In this document: piece by piece, positions 12,880-25,809 of the stretch
How positions within the stretch are numbered: position 1 is the first letter of the stretch
Layout: every line of letters begins with the position of its first letter
Source of the DNA: Lama glama
Lineage: Eukaryota
Direction: 5' to 3'
DNA length: 64,000 bases
NCBI GenBank assembly: GCA_028534125.1
Contig: CM052817.1
Span: 76,820,001 to 76,884,000, forward strand
The notes under the pieces: generated by a model
What the model was told of the DNA's origin: nothing
Databases searched by the model: none
What the model saw: only the letters and a program-made list of their open reading frames with translations
Translations under genes and position numbers: made by a program

Positions 12880-14440
12880 AGGCCAAGAAACATATAGCAG
12901 ATATAGCATTCTCATACAAGGACTCACATAACCTAAAGGGAACCAGCTAGGATGAGTTAAGATTCTATAAATTAGATTCTGCCAATATTAGAAGTCCTCT
13001 GCCTTGGTCCTATAAAAGAGCAGGCACTCGGGAGTATCAGGAGATTCCACTGGGAAGAATTTTTGGCCTATATGACATATCCCACACCTACCTCTCACTC
13101 CTAACTGTAGGAGAGGAGTGTGTTGGCAGGGTTCTTAAACTACACCTGCAGGGAAGGAAGGCTTCAAGAAAACTACTCAGAAAGATGAACAGGTGTCCCC
13201 AGAATTTAAGATTATTTAAGGGTTAATGTGAAATGCTATGTCTGGATTGGCCTCAGACAGCAAAGCAGAAAGACAGGGCTAAGTTGGAAGTCAGCAGCAT
13301 TTCCAGCATCAGGGGTCGGGCAAAATTCTTTCTTGGCCATGGATCTGATATGGGCAACTTGAGCAGGATCTTTTCTGAGGCTTTCTCCCAAAGGGCTCTT
13401 TAGATGGGCAAAGTGAAAGAGATTTCTCCAAAAGAGCTATCTAGATGGGTGAAGTGACCCAGTTAAACGAGGACAGACCTTCTGAATGAAGGTCCAAATG
13501 ATGTGGAGAAGTCAAAAGCAGCTAGCTTGGGGAATGTCACTCTGGTGAAGATACTTGCAGATGGAAGTTCCCAATGGAGGACAGTCATATGGACCTATCT
13601 GTGGGGTCTGTGGGAGTGAGAGTGAGCTGTGAATACCCACCAAACTTGGAGGACACCAAGGCTAGATCACAGCTTGACCAGACACTTAACTGTATGAAAA
13701 AAAAATTAATAGAGGTACTGAGGATTGAACCCAGGACCTTGTTCATGCTCAGTGTGTGCTCTACCACTTGAGCTATACCCTCCCCTCTAATTATACCTTT
13801 TTCATTTAATCTATTTTTCTCTTTCAGTTATAGAGGAGGAGCAGAAAGTTGGTGTGGGAAGAGGCTACTGTCCATGAGCACAATATTATCCCCAAACTGG
13901 TCTAGAACACCAGATTTTTGTGTAATACAATTTATAGCCTCCTTCTCATAAATAATTAGTATTCTTGATGGAATGCTTCAATAATTTTCTAATATTTAAT
14001 GGGATTAAGACTTGTTCTGGGAAATCATTCACCTGTCTACTTAACTAACTGTCATTCATCTAGTGATCCCTATTAAGAGTAAATCTTTGAATTAGCCTAC
14101 TGGGGGCCTTATTTCTTGTAGTAGGATTGTAATAAAACTTGGGCACCTACTCACAACTACATTGTCAGAAGTTTTGTTTGTTTATTTTTTCACCACACTT
14201 CCTTCCGACTCTTTAGCTAGATCTGAGCTGGGTTAAGAGATGAGTTTATATTGAATTAAACTTAGAGCCATAATACTACATAAAATTGGACTGAAAGTTT
14301 TAATTATTGAAGTGAGATGAGATTACTCTTGTGACTAAGATGTGCTCTAAAGGCTAAAGTGCTTATAGGAAGAACTAGAGTCCACTGAGTATTGAAGGGT
14401 AAAAGGGGAAAGAATAAAGTAGCTTTTTCATTGTGCTCTA
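12880..14440 (+). mobile_element. Possible ancient LTR (Gypsy-type/LTR78-81-like), interrupted by a SINE
   Basis: TATA-like ctataaaagagc near 13010, purine-rich body and terminal gaataaagtagctttt; the resemblance is from memory and weak. Confidence 0.3.
13706..13785 (-). mobile_element. tRNA-Ala-derived SINE (camelid Vic-1-like)
   Basis: Reverse complement reads ggggagggtatagctcaagtggtagagcacac...ggtcctgggttcaatcctcagtacctc, with A and B boxes. Confidence 0.88.
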
Positions 14441-14879
14441 CTAAACAAGGTTATTATCATTTAGTTATCCATAGAAGTCTTCATACATACCTGTGACCCC
14501 CACACTGAGGTAACTTCTCTTTCCGTTGATTTATGAGCATGGCTCACATTGCATTAGTGCAGTGTACTAGTCAGTGTGTGATTGTAGGTCTAGTCACCGG
14601 CTTTTCAGTGATAGATGCTTGAGATAATGTACTGAGTGCAGAAATTCCCTGTTAGTTGGTGGAGACTCTAATATGATGCAAAATGTCTGAGATCATTTGT
14701 ATAGTTAATAAAAACTATTAGGCGATAATTAGATATTCTCTCAGCTTTCAAATACTTCACCATTTCTTTTATTCACTCAGACCTTTATATGCTACTGGAC
14801 TCTTTCCTATCATAATTATGGTACATCCAATTCAATTCGCAGTTTTTTTTGTTTTGTTTTTTTTTTTTGGTGGAAGTTA

Positions 14880-16860
14880 AAGAGAAGAAATGTTTTTAAA
14901 ACTTATGTTAATATTTTACTCCCTGATCTGCATTCATTTCTAGTCAAGTGTCTTGCCCATATTCTGTGTATAATAATTAACAGTTAAATTGGATGAAATA
15001 ACATGATCTCATATGCAAAGGAAAACAAAATCCTGTCTCTTAGTTTGGCTGGTAGAAAACCACAGTCATTACCTCTGTGCTCATTACTCCAACGATGTTT
15101 CACAAATCTATCAATTTTATGAAATGTTTGTCTTCTGAATTTTGTACTTTGTTGTTTGGTACATAGATCTTTGTATCAGTTTGGGGGATTTATGTTTGAT
15201 TGTTATTAAAACCCTTCTTTATGTCGTTAGTTCTTTGAACCTGAATTCTGTTTTACATCCTACGGACAATGCCACAGTCCTGTTTTTCTTTTGCTGGCAG
15301 TTATTTGATGTATCTTGATTCATCTCTTTATTTTTAACCTTAAAGAAAAAACGCTGTGTTTTAGACGTATTTTCTGTAAACAGCCTTTCTTTTCAGTAAG
15401 CCTTCTGTTTGTTTTTTTCCGGTCATGATTTGTTAAGTATGTGCCGTGTGTTTGTTGTGGGATCCTTCCCCTGTTTATCATCCAGTGCTCTGATTTGAAC
15501 TTTGGTTCTAATTCAGGTAAAGCTCATGGATTTTGATAGCAGTGCTCAGCCTACTCATGGTTATTTGGTCTTGGGGGACTGGTTTGAAGTGACCCTTCAT
15601 TATGTTTATTTAGGTACCAGTTTATATTTATTGTTAAGTTTACTTTTTCATGTTACTATTTTTTATTTCTTTACCTTTTTTTTAAGAATGACTAGGTGAT
15701 ATTTCATCTTCCACAACTTTGTTCAAATTCATCCATTTAGAAATTCTGCTTTGCATCCTGCCTTGCATTTATAAGTAATTTTCCCCCTTTCTTTCGCTTA
15801 GTGGTTACTTTCCTATTTCTAACTCTCATACATGTAACTATAATTTCCAGGACATTTTACTTGCCACTAACTCCCCATCCACCAATAAGATTCGACTTTT
15901 TGCTTTTCTTATGCACTTATCAAGATGTGCAACACTTTCTTTCTGCAAACTCCTAGGTTTTGCTCAGATAATCTAGACTTTTATTTCCAAGCTATTATTA
16001 GATTTTATCTTAATTATAAAATATCTTTGATTTCTAAAATCCTCACTTTTCACTTAAGCATTAGTTTCTACTCATATTATCATCTGTGTAAATTTAGTAA
16101 AAATATAAGAGTCATTGCTCACCACTCTTTCCTTATATTTTGTATTCTCCCAGCTTAGGATCCTATTTTTGAATTCATTTTTATTCCATTGTAGTGCCTC
16201 CTCAAGTACGCTCCCTAGATAAGTCCATGGGTTGTGTACTCAGTAAGCTTTGAATGTCAACTGTCTTTTAAAAAATCTTTTGTAAGAATGATATCTTGAC
16301 TGATGAGTGTGGGATTCTTCAATAACATGCCTTTTCTTTGCCTTAAAATTATTTCAGTATTTTCAGAATTACAGATAAGAAGTCTGGCATTTATACAGTT
16401 ATCATTCCTTGGCAAGTAATCTTTTGCATAAAATTTGTTTTTGTAGCTCTTTTCGGTTCAGAGAAAAATTGAGCGGAAAGTATAGAGTTCTCATACACCC
16501 ACATCATTCCCCACAGCCTCCCTGACTATCAACAGCCCACATCAGGGTCCAGTGTTTTTATAAAGATTTTTAATTTAAGTTTGAAGTTGAGAAAGCTCAT
16601 CAATAAATATCTCAATATGTGTTAAGAAATGAGTTATGCTGAAGAATCATTCTTTAAAGGCAGGAAGCTTTCATCCATCATTACTTTCATTACAACTAAC
16701 TCATCCTCATTCTTTTTTCCTTTTATTTTGAAATGCCTAGTACTTGAACATTTATACATTAACTCTTCTATTTTATCTTTCAGGTTTAATATTTCATTCA
16801 TTATTTTTTTTCATTTGTTTTCCCCTTTGAGTTATGATGTATCTTTTCCTATTTGACTTC
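14880..16860 (-). mobile_element. Highly diverged L1/HAL1-type fragments
   Basis: Long T-rich tract with L1-like motifs; includes an L1 3'-end piece near 16430-16545 (ggttcagagaaaaattgagcggaaagtatagagttctcata). Confidence 0.45.
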
Positions 16861-16948
16861 TGTGCATCCGTAGGAATCATCTGTTCTGGTTGTTCAGTTT
16901 GTTCCATCTTTTCCAATCTATTATGTCTCCTTAAGTGGCTTTAAAATA

Positions 16949-17038
16949 TTTTTTTTTTAAAGGGAGGTATTGGGGATTGAACCCAGGATCTCATGCATGC
17001 TAAGCATATGCTCTACCAACTGAGCTATACCAACCGCC
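16949..17038 (-). mobile_element. tRNA-Ala-derived SINE (Vic-1-like)
   Basis: Poly-T followed by gaggtattggggattgaacccagg...catgctaagcat...ctctaccaactgagctatacc. Confidence 0.88.
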
Positions 17039-17540
17039 AGTTTGTGGTTTTTATTTACTTGTTTGTCAGGATGTAATGTGACCCTTCAATAACCATGCGA
17101 GTCAGTGTGTTCAGCCTCTTTGGTAGTAGGGGACAAAAGGCAGTGAAAGATGGGAAAGATGGAGCTGAATTGTTGTTGTTGGTGCTGGTGGTGGTGGTGG
17201 TGGTGATGATAGTGTGTGTGAATGACCAGCAGGCAATCTGAGATATTTCTTTTCAGTTATTTTGGGATGAACTCTGTTTTCAAGTAAAGGTGAGCTGGGG
17301 CTCTCCTAGGCACCACACTGTTATCTCTTGACTGTGCCGCTAGTGTGAGGGAGAAGCAGGACACAGCAATGGACAGGGCCAGTGAGGGGGGCACTCAGGC
17401 CAGCCAGCTGGCCCCAGGCTGTCTTTCTGCACATCTGCTCAGCAGGCAAGTCTCTGCCCACGCTCCGTCATCTGGGCTACTCCTTCTCCTGCTGTAGCAC
17501 GGCCCTTAATTCCCAAAGATGTCCAGGCTCAAAGCTCCCT

Positions 17541-17965
17541 GTGTTAGGGTGAAGTGGGGGTATTATAACAAAAAGATCAAAACCCAGAACAGCCTAAAAA
17601 GCGAGTTTATTTCTGTCTCACACAACTGTGATGAGTGACTGAGGGCAACTGTCAGCTCTGCTTTACTCTGTAGATGCTTCCTCCCCTCAGGTGATTGTCA
17701 TCCGAATGACCAAAGGCAAGTTACCATGAACTGTACCTGTGGGAAAGGGAAAAGCTTAGGGTACGTGCATGATTTTAAGCCAGGCCTAGAAGTGCCACAC
17801 ATCACCCTATACACATTCATCAGTAAGAACTCAGCCAATGGCAGCATGTGGCACAGAAAATGCGAGGAGGTATATTCCCTAGTAGACAGCCTTGAAATAG
17901 CTAAACCCTATTTCTATGGAAGGAGAATAAATTGGACTTTTAGTCCAGTGAGACACCTTAATCAC
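17541..17965 (-). mobile_element. Old MaLR LTR (MLT1J/K-like)
   Basis: gagtttatttctgtctcac and ccaggcctagaagtgccacacatcacc...cacattcat...agaactcag motifs. Confidence 0.55.
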
Positions 17966-18479
17966 AGTGTTCAAACTTTTCTAGAAATGAATCCAATGAT
18001 TAGCTTGTTATTTTATTAGTTGCATCAATCACTCCAGCAAGGAGTTGGGAGAGAGGGTTGGTGGCAACTCATGTACCCAGAACATTGGATAGTTTCTCAC
18101 TAATGACTGTATGAACCTGCTGCAGGGACAATGCTTTATATTTAGGACTTACTAGCACTCTGTAGTGATCTGTAATTTATAGGCTAAATAGGACACCTTT
18201 GATAACAAAGGGGGCACTACTAATAAGCACGCGAAGACACTGGGAAAACTGCAACAAATCTATTGAGTTCTTGACTCTGAAGACTGAAAAATCAGTTTTC
18301 TTCTGGAACTATTGTTTTGCTGTAAAATTTAGGCTGGGAATGGAGAAATTATTATCAACCAAACAAGGGTCAGTTCTGCAGATTTCCATTTTACTCCTGC
18401 TGACTACGTAGTCTCTAGGACTAAACAGGAGAGTCCTGACCCACAGGCTTACGCACGATTGAAATGACAGGTCACAGTG

Positions 18480-18665
18480 CAGCTCTCAAGGTGCTTTCAC
18501 ACACACTGTCTCTTCTGACAGTCACACGAGTGCTATGTGGTAAGTGGTATTATGTCCATTGTATTAATGAAGAAGAGACCCAGGAGGATTAAGATTATGA
18601 AATAGTAGAACCAGAACCAGACTTCACGTCTCCTACGTCCACTGGCTGTGCTCTTTCACCACACC
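18480..18665 (-). mobile_element. MIR
   Basis: caaggtgctttcaca...tggtattatgtccattgtattaatgaagaagagacccagg...gtgctctttcaccacacca. Confidence 0.6.
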
Positions 18666-19779
18666 AGGAGGTTTGCTCTCACTCAGACAGCAGCCTTTCT
18701 TTGGAGGGGACTTATCAGTGAGAACAAAATATATTCAGCTCCTTGAAGTATTAGCTGAAAAAGAGATACTGAATGCTGGCAATATCGACTTTGGAATTTA
18801 GGATCGAAGAGATAATCAGGGACTCACCATTCTCCTTTGTCTCAGGTTCCCTTATGGATAAATGTGTAGAATTTGTTTCTAGGAAGAAACATTTATGGTT
18901 CTCCTTTATTGTCATTCCTTCTTTATTAATAGTAATAGCCTTTTTGTTATTCTTTTTCCTCTGAAATTGTTTTCCAAAAAATTTAAAACCCTGGGAAAAT
19001 ATTTTTAGGCTCTAATGTTACAATGTTTTGTTGAATATTTTGTGAATACTTTTGAACCAGCTTGAGTTTTCACAACACAATATGATACAACTTGAGTATC
19101 TCTGATTACGTGACAATTGTTTGTCCTGTTTATTCATAATTTCTAATACTATCTATTTTCATTCTGTTTATATAATTATAAAATATAACATCTGGAAGAG
19201 ATCTTAGAGATCAAATAATTTGTCTCCTAAAGCCCCACTTTATAGGTGAAGGCAGACTCCAGATACCTAATTCCTTCCAAACAGGGAAAAAAAACCCCAG
19301 GAAAAAACTACCAAACCAAACCAAATAAAGATACCCTATATCAAATACAAAATAAACTGTTAGGATCATAAAATAATAAATCTTTAGTGCACTTCCTTTA
19401 TTCAGTTGAAATCCAGATCTTTTATTGCAGTTTTGCTTGCTGGTATTGAGGCTACCCCAGATATAGAACAGTTTCTAAAAATTACAGGTTTTAAAATCAC
19501 TTGATTACATCTCTTTTACAGCAGCATCAATCGTTCTAATTTTTTTCATTTCTTTAACTTTCTGAAGAATTTTACAATTCTTACAATCCACTTCACTGCA
19601 AAACTAAAGTGTTAGAAAATGGTCTTAATGTCTGAAAGACACTGTTACTGCCTTGCTCATTATCTCTTAGGCATTTACCATTTCTGGGCGTGTTAGTGTC
19701 TTCTTACTGCAAACAGCTGCCACTCTCATCCAGAGGACTTTCTGTTTGCAGAAGTCAGCTTGGTTCCCCGAACAGGGAA

Positions 19780-20465
19780 AGCCAGGGTGCCAGGCAGTAA
19801 GTGCTCCTGGGAGAAGCCTTCAACCTGTCATGGATAGGGGTGGATAAAATCCAGCTTTTCTGCTACTGAAAGTCCACAAATAGTGGTCCTGGCAGAAGTA
19901 CTATGGGCAGAGAAGACAATCTTTGCCCAGAAAATGTATGTATTCCTGTGAGGATGAAGCACTGCATCCTCTGGGAAGGGTCAGTGTAATCAGTCAACCT
20001 AACACATGGTAACTGGCTGGTTCTGCCAGAGATATTGACATTTCAGGGGCTCAGCACTGGCCTGGCCTCTACCATTTGCAGGGTGGGCAGACAGCAGTGA
20101 TGGTATTATGTAGCTGAACTCGCGTATGGCCTCCATCCTCATAACTTGATCAAGTCACGTGAAGGCCCACTGAATAAGGAGAGGAAGTGGCTGGGGAAGA
20201 AAACTGACATCTTTAGGAAGGGTCGTATTGTGCCCCTGGCACTGAGAGCCTACTCTGCATTGATTGTACCTACAGTGGCGTTCACATGTCACATGCTCTT
20301 TGCATTTTGAAATCGTTCTACCCATACACATAACTTTTCCCAGACATCCTTGTCACAAATTTTCCAATTTTTTCCTCCAAGTTCTTGATTGCCCAGGTGG
20401 CCCAAAGTTTTCCACCACTGCTGTTCAGAGCTACCCCTGAGTGTGGTTGTAGAACAGTGGCTCCA
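19780..20465 (-). mobile_element. Second decayed ERVL pol relic (RNase H to integrase N-terminus)
   Basis: Minus strand: ATVLQPHSGVALNSSGG, WKICDKDVWE, SPATSSPYSVG-like/QWA, DYTDP...FILTGIHTFSG, matching ERVL pol (AALQP.SG..LKDSGEG / WKIGDKEVWG / DYIGPLP...FVLTGIDTYSG). Confidence 0.72.
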
Positions 20466-20814
20466 AGTGTGACTAGAGGAAGAAACAGCAAAGCAAAAGA
20501 GACAATTACCATGGAAGTCTAAACTTTCTGTTCATAAGGTATACTAGTGCCTTCTTCAGCTCCAGTCAGTGAAATCTTATGCAGAAAACTAACACTTTTC
20601 AAAAGGAACAACCAAAAAAAAATTCTAATTTTCAAAATTTGTGAACTGTTAGCCAAGTTTGTATAAGCGATCATAAACTTTCTACACTTAGACATATTAA
20701 AACACAGCAAAGTTTGATCCTTTTTTCCTAGAAAAGAGCACCTGTCTTAATCAATTTAACAAATATGAAGTGATTAATACATGACTAACACTCTCTTTGT
20801 CTACTGTATGCATA

Positions 20815-20970
20815 CAGTGCTGTACAATAGAATGTATGGCTACTGAACACTTGGCATGTGGCTGGAGTGACAAGGGAATTGCATTTTAAATTTTATTTCA
20901 TCTTAATGCAGCTAAATTTAAAATTCAATGGTCACATGTGGCTAGTGTCTATTATATCAGAGAGCAGAGC
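20815..20970. mobile_element. hAT-Charlie MITE (MER3/MER33-like)
   Basis: cagtgctgtacaatagaa...tggctactgaacacttggcatgtggct...ttttaaattttattt...cacatgtggctagtg. Confidence 0.75.
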
Positions 20971-21000
20971 AATAGATTAATCATTTTAAACATTTTGCTA

Positions 21001-21845
21001 ATTTGTAAATATTTTCTCCCATTCCATAGGTTGTCTTTCACTCTATTGATTGTTTCCTTTACTGTGCAAAAAGATTTTTAGTTTGGTATGGTGCAACTTG
21101 TCTTTTTTTTTTTTTTTTTTTTGGTTTTGTTGGCTGTTTTTGAGGTCATAGCCGTGAAATACTTGTCAATACCAATGCCATAAAGCTGTCTACTTTATTT
21201 TCTTCTAGGAGTTTTATAGTTTCAGGTTTAAATCTATTTTGAGTTGATTTTTGTGTATGGCATAAGAGTCCAATGTCTTTCTTTTGCATGTGGCTACCCA
21301 GTTTTTCCAACACCCTTTGTTGAAGTCACTGTCATTTCCCCATTGTAGTCTTGGCACCCTTGTCAAAGACCTGTTGATCACACATGTGTGGGTTTATATC
21401 TGGGCTCTCTATTCTCTTCCATTGGTCTATATGACTGTTTATGCCAGTACCATACTATTTTGATTACTATAACTTTGTTGTATATTTAGAATTCAGGAAG
21501 TGTGATGCCTACAGCTTGATTCTTCTTTTTCAAGATTGTTCTGGTGATTCAGAGTCTTTTGTGGTTCCACCTGAATTTTAGAATTGTTTTTTCTGTTTCT
21601 GTAAAAAATGCCATTGGGATTTTGATAGAAATTGCATTCAATCTGTCCATAGCTTTGGGTAGTAAGGACATTTTAACAATATTAATTCTTCCAATCCATG
21701 AACATGAGATATCTTTCCAGTTATTTTTATATTCTTTAATTTATCTCATCAATGTTTTGTACTTTTCAGTGAACAAGTTTTTCATTTTGTTAGTTAAGTT
21801 TATTCCTAAGTGTTTTCTTATTTTTGATGTTATTGTGAATGGGAT
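21001..21845 (-). mobile_element. L1 ORF2 fragment, antisense
   Basis: Minus strand runs IPFTITSKIRKHLGINLT through to the WEKIF region. Confidence 0.9.
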
Positions 21846-21855
21846 GAAAAACAAA

Positions 21856-22535
21856 AACAAAAGGCAAGTGCTGGTGAGAATATAGAGGAATTGAAACCCT
21901 TGTGCACTGTTAGTGGGAATGCAAAATGGTGCAGCTGCTGTGGAAAACAGTATGGAGATCCTCAAAAAAATAAAAATGGATCTGCCACATGACTCAGCAA
22001 ACCTACATCTAGGAATTTATCTAAAAGAATTGAAATCAGAATCCTGAGTAGATATTAGCACTCCCATGTTGACTGCAGCATTATTCATTGATAGCCAAGA
22101 TATAGAAACAACCTAAATATTAACTGAAAGATGAATGGATTAAAAATGTGATATACACATACAATGAGATACTATTCAGCTTTTAAAAGAAGGAAATCCT
22201 GTCATATACAATAATGCATATGAATCTTGGCGACACTATTTTGAGTGAAATAAGCTAGTCACAGGACAATGACTGCATGATTTCACTTATATAAGATCTG
22301 AAATAGTCAAATTCATAGAAACAGAGTAAAATGGTGGTTGCCAGGGGTTGGAGGGAGAGAGAAATAGGAATTGCTAATCAGCTGGTATAAAATTTCAGCT
22401 GTGCAAGATGAGTGTTTTCTAAAGGTCTACTGTACAACACTGTGCTTAAGATAATAATGCTGTACTGTGCACCTAAAAATCTGTTGAGAAGGTAGAGCTC
22501 ATGTTAAGTGTTCTTAGTCACAATAAAAACAAAAA
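21856..22535 (+). mobile_element. L1 3' end (L1MA-type), sense
   Basis: caagtgctggtgag...gggaatgcaaaatggtgcagctgctgtggaaaacagtatggag, through the 3' UTR to caataaaaac. Confidence 0.9.
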
Positions 22536-22664
22536 GAATATTTCCCATAATGAAAGATAAACTGAATAGGCAGATTCAAAACACTCACTGTATTTCAGTG
22601 ACTCAAAAATATTAAGTATAAAAAGAAGAGAGACATTTTCTGGTAAACTAATTGATTTAAAAAA

Positions 22665-23020
22665 TTTTTTTTAAATTGGCTTTTTTTTAAGAACAGTTTT
22701 CAGTTTACAGAAAAATTGAGAGTATAGTACACTGAGTTCCCATATAACTGCCCTCTCCCATTCTATACTTATATGGTACACTTGTTACAATTAATGAACT
22801 GACACTGATATACTGTTAACTAAAGTCCATACTTTATTTATATTTTCTTAGGTTTTAGCTGCTGTCCTTTTTCTGTTCCAAGATCCCATCCAGGGTACCA
22901 TATTTTATTTCATTGTTACATTTCTAAAAGCTCCTCTAGACTGTGTTGGTTTCTCAGTCCTCCCTTATTTTAGATGACTTTGACAGTTTTGAGGAGTACT
23001 GGTCAGGTATTTTGTAGCTA
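22665..23020 (-). mobile_element. Old L1 3' end (L1MC/MD-like)
   Basis: cagttttcagtttacagaaaaattgag...actaaagtccatactttatt...gatcccatccagg...tgacagttttgaggagtactggtcaggtattttgtag. Confidence 0.75.
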
Positions 23021-23049
23021 AGCAAATAATTCAAAAAAATTTTAAAAAA

Positions 23050-23372
23050 CAGAAGTATAGTTGATTTATAATATTATATTAGTTTCAGGTGTACAGTTTA
23101 GTGATTTAGTATTTTTATAGATTGTACTCCTTTAAAAGTTATTACAAAATAATGGCTATAATTACTTGTGCTGTGCCATATATCTTTGCAGCACTATTAT
23201 ACATACATATATACACACATATATATACACACACAATGGAATATTAGCAAAACAGAAACAGACTCACAGATATAGAAAACAAACCAGTGGTACCAAGAAG
23301 GAGAGGGGAGTGGCGAGGGGCAAAATAGGGGTATGGGATTAAAAGATACAAACTGCTATGTATAAAATAAAC
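23050..23372. mobile_element. Two short L1 3'-UTR fragments in opposite orientation (minus about 23050-23190, plus about 23230-23372)
   Basis: gaagtatagttgattta...gtttcaggtgtacag (minus), then aaacagaaacagactcacagatatagaaaacaaac (plus). Confidence 0.75.
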
Positions 23373-23989
23373 TCATTGATTTTTCAAGTTTAAAGAAGGA
23401 AGCTTGCAAGCATCCAGGGAAAAGAAGCAGAAGGTCACACGCAAAAAGTAAGATGACTTGAGAGTTCTCAGCAATTTTAGGTGACAGATGACAACAGAGA
23501 CACCTCTACAATGTATAAAAAAGGAATAAATATAACCCAACATTCCCATCACCAGTTGACTTGTCATCCACTGCAAACACAAAATGAAGATGAATTTGAC
23601 AGACCCAAGATCAGGAAGTAGAGCATTTATCTACTCGCTTGTAAAATATATACTGGTAAATCATGTCCATTTAATAGGATTATATTTAAATAATCATGAA
23701 AAATAAAAATATTAAATGAAATGCAAAGGCCATAATTTTTAAAATAAAGATGCCTAATATGAATAATAATTTAACTCTAGAAACAAACAAAAAAAGAACT
23801 ATTAACTATAACAGGATTTGGAATAATGGAGAAGTGGCCAGTAAGAAGTGAAAAAAATCAGAGATGAATGAATATCAGTTATAAAGCACATTAGCTCCTA
23901 TCTCTGGGCTGAGATAGAGTCATCCAGCAACCTTCTACCACCCCTCACCTCACCCCCTTCTTTAGACTGAGAACCAGACCTCCCTGGAG

Positions 23990-24762
23990 AGGGCAGAGCT
24001 GGGCTCACTGAGTGGTGGAGAAATCAATGAGGCTCTGCACTGGTGAGACTTGCTGGAGTCAGAGTTCTGTGGAAGTCATTTGCAGGGCTGTGCTATGTCT
24101 CACGACCTGCTATAAAATCATTGGAGGAGATGCCATGGGAAGCCACTCATGGGTGGCCACTGCATGCTGCATGCAGTTGGAAAAATTGTTCTCTGTGGGA
24201 ACTGGGTGGTGATGAAAGTTACACACCTTGCAGGTGCCCAGAGTTTGAAAAATAGTGTTCTGCAGGAACTTGGCATCGGACACAAGGTACTCTGCAAGGG
24301 GCAGAAGTAGAGAGAGCTGCACCCTGCAAGACCCAGCACTGGAGAAATCTTGCTTGGTAGGACCTGAGTGCTGGCAGGTGGATGCAGAGGGAATCATGGC
24401 ATCAGAAGCTGGCCTGCTGGCAGAGCAGCACAAAAGCAGGCAGGTGCAGTGTTCATGTCAGAAGGGGCTCAATGAAATGGTCACACGATGGGCATGCAAT
24501 TGGAGCAGAGAGACATTGAATATCTTTGTACATAATGACATAATGTCAACTGTAAAGGAGGTGCAAGAAAACCCCCTAAATAGCAGCACACTGGGATTGG
24601 AAAGAGCCTCTTTCTTGTGCAGTCTTCCTCCTGCTCCCTCTAATGATAAAGCCTAATGTTGTGCTTGTTGCAAAAGAAGGATGCTTATAAGATCTATAGG
24701 TCTATTATCCCAGAGCAGATAATCCCAGAGCTGAGAGGCCAAAGATTGATAACTGGCATACA
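23990..24762 (-). mobile_element. ERVL-class LTR (LTR33/LTR41-like)
   Basis: Right end gagctgagaggccaaagattgataactggcata is the reverse complement of a typical LTR start, preceded by ctccctctaatgataaagcctaatgttgtg. Confidence 0.6.
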
Positions 24763-25809
24763 GGTATATTGTGACTTTAGCATTAAAATGAATCTGTAGC
24801 CTCAACTTTTAAATGTATCTAATGTTATCTAAATAACATTGTGATTTTCCACCATCTTCATCCATTTGTAAATCACATGAACAAACTCTTCAATAGTCAG
24901 AAATGTTGTCATTCCTTCTTCTTTTTCTTTAAAATAGTATTTCCATTTCACTTCTGGATAACTTTACTGTGTTTTATTTGTAATTCTTTCATACTTCACT
25001 GACACAAAATATGTCTGTGAATTTAAATGAAATATTTGGATTCCTTATTACCATAAGGGAGAATATGGCATTTTAAGGAGCCTTGTATTAGCAATGTCAT
25101 CCAATTCTTTTCAGTCCTTCCTTATCAAATACCAAATATCACCGAGTGATCTATAAACTACTTTTAATACTTTCCTACCTGATGATTTGACTAGGTTCTC
25201 TTTCACTTTGTTAAAACAAAGAACTGGAAATCACTGGTTTTGCAAAAGAACGTGTAACCTACTCATTAGAGTCATTCACTTTCTCAATTTTGCCGAAGTA
25301 TACAAAAAAGCCTTTATAGTAGACCACAAAAGGCACCAATTTTACCTGTCACTCTTTCACTTAGAATCTTAGAATAGTCAAAGATATAAGGGGAAAAATC
25401 AACCCTATAAAATTAGAAATTGTGTTATTTTCTTATGAACTCTGAACGAACACATATATAGTCATCCAAGTTTCAAACTGCCATAAAAAGGCATAACAGA
25501 TGGACAAGAAGACACTTGAGAATTTTTACAAGTAGGGACGTATTAATAATTTTATTTTACAGTTTTAAACAATTAAGATAATAGTTGCACCCATGAAATA
25601 ATCAGAACAGCATAATAATTACTGAGTGTGAGTCAGCACATCTCAGATTGCTCTTTGGAATATTGTATGCTACAATTGTACATAAATAGATGTTCTGATA
25701 CCCATAGGTTTACACTTTGGGTCAGGTTTTCAGAAATATTGGCCCTGTAGCTATCATATAAGTGTTTCTTTTAGGAACTAATAAAAGCTTTCTGGCCTTT
25801 TCTCAGATT

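Noticed and set aside
11170..20465. One ERVL pol gene split by about 8 kb of insertions
   Set aside because: Both relics contain the same integrase segment, so they overlap rather than continue each other.
24012..24656. Cluster of overlapping ORFs up to 133 aa
   Set aside because: Lies within a GC-richer LTR-like element; no recognisable protein or splice structure.
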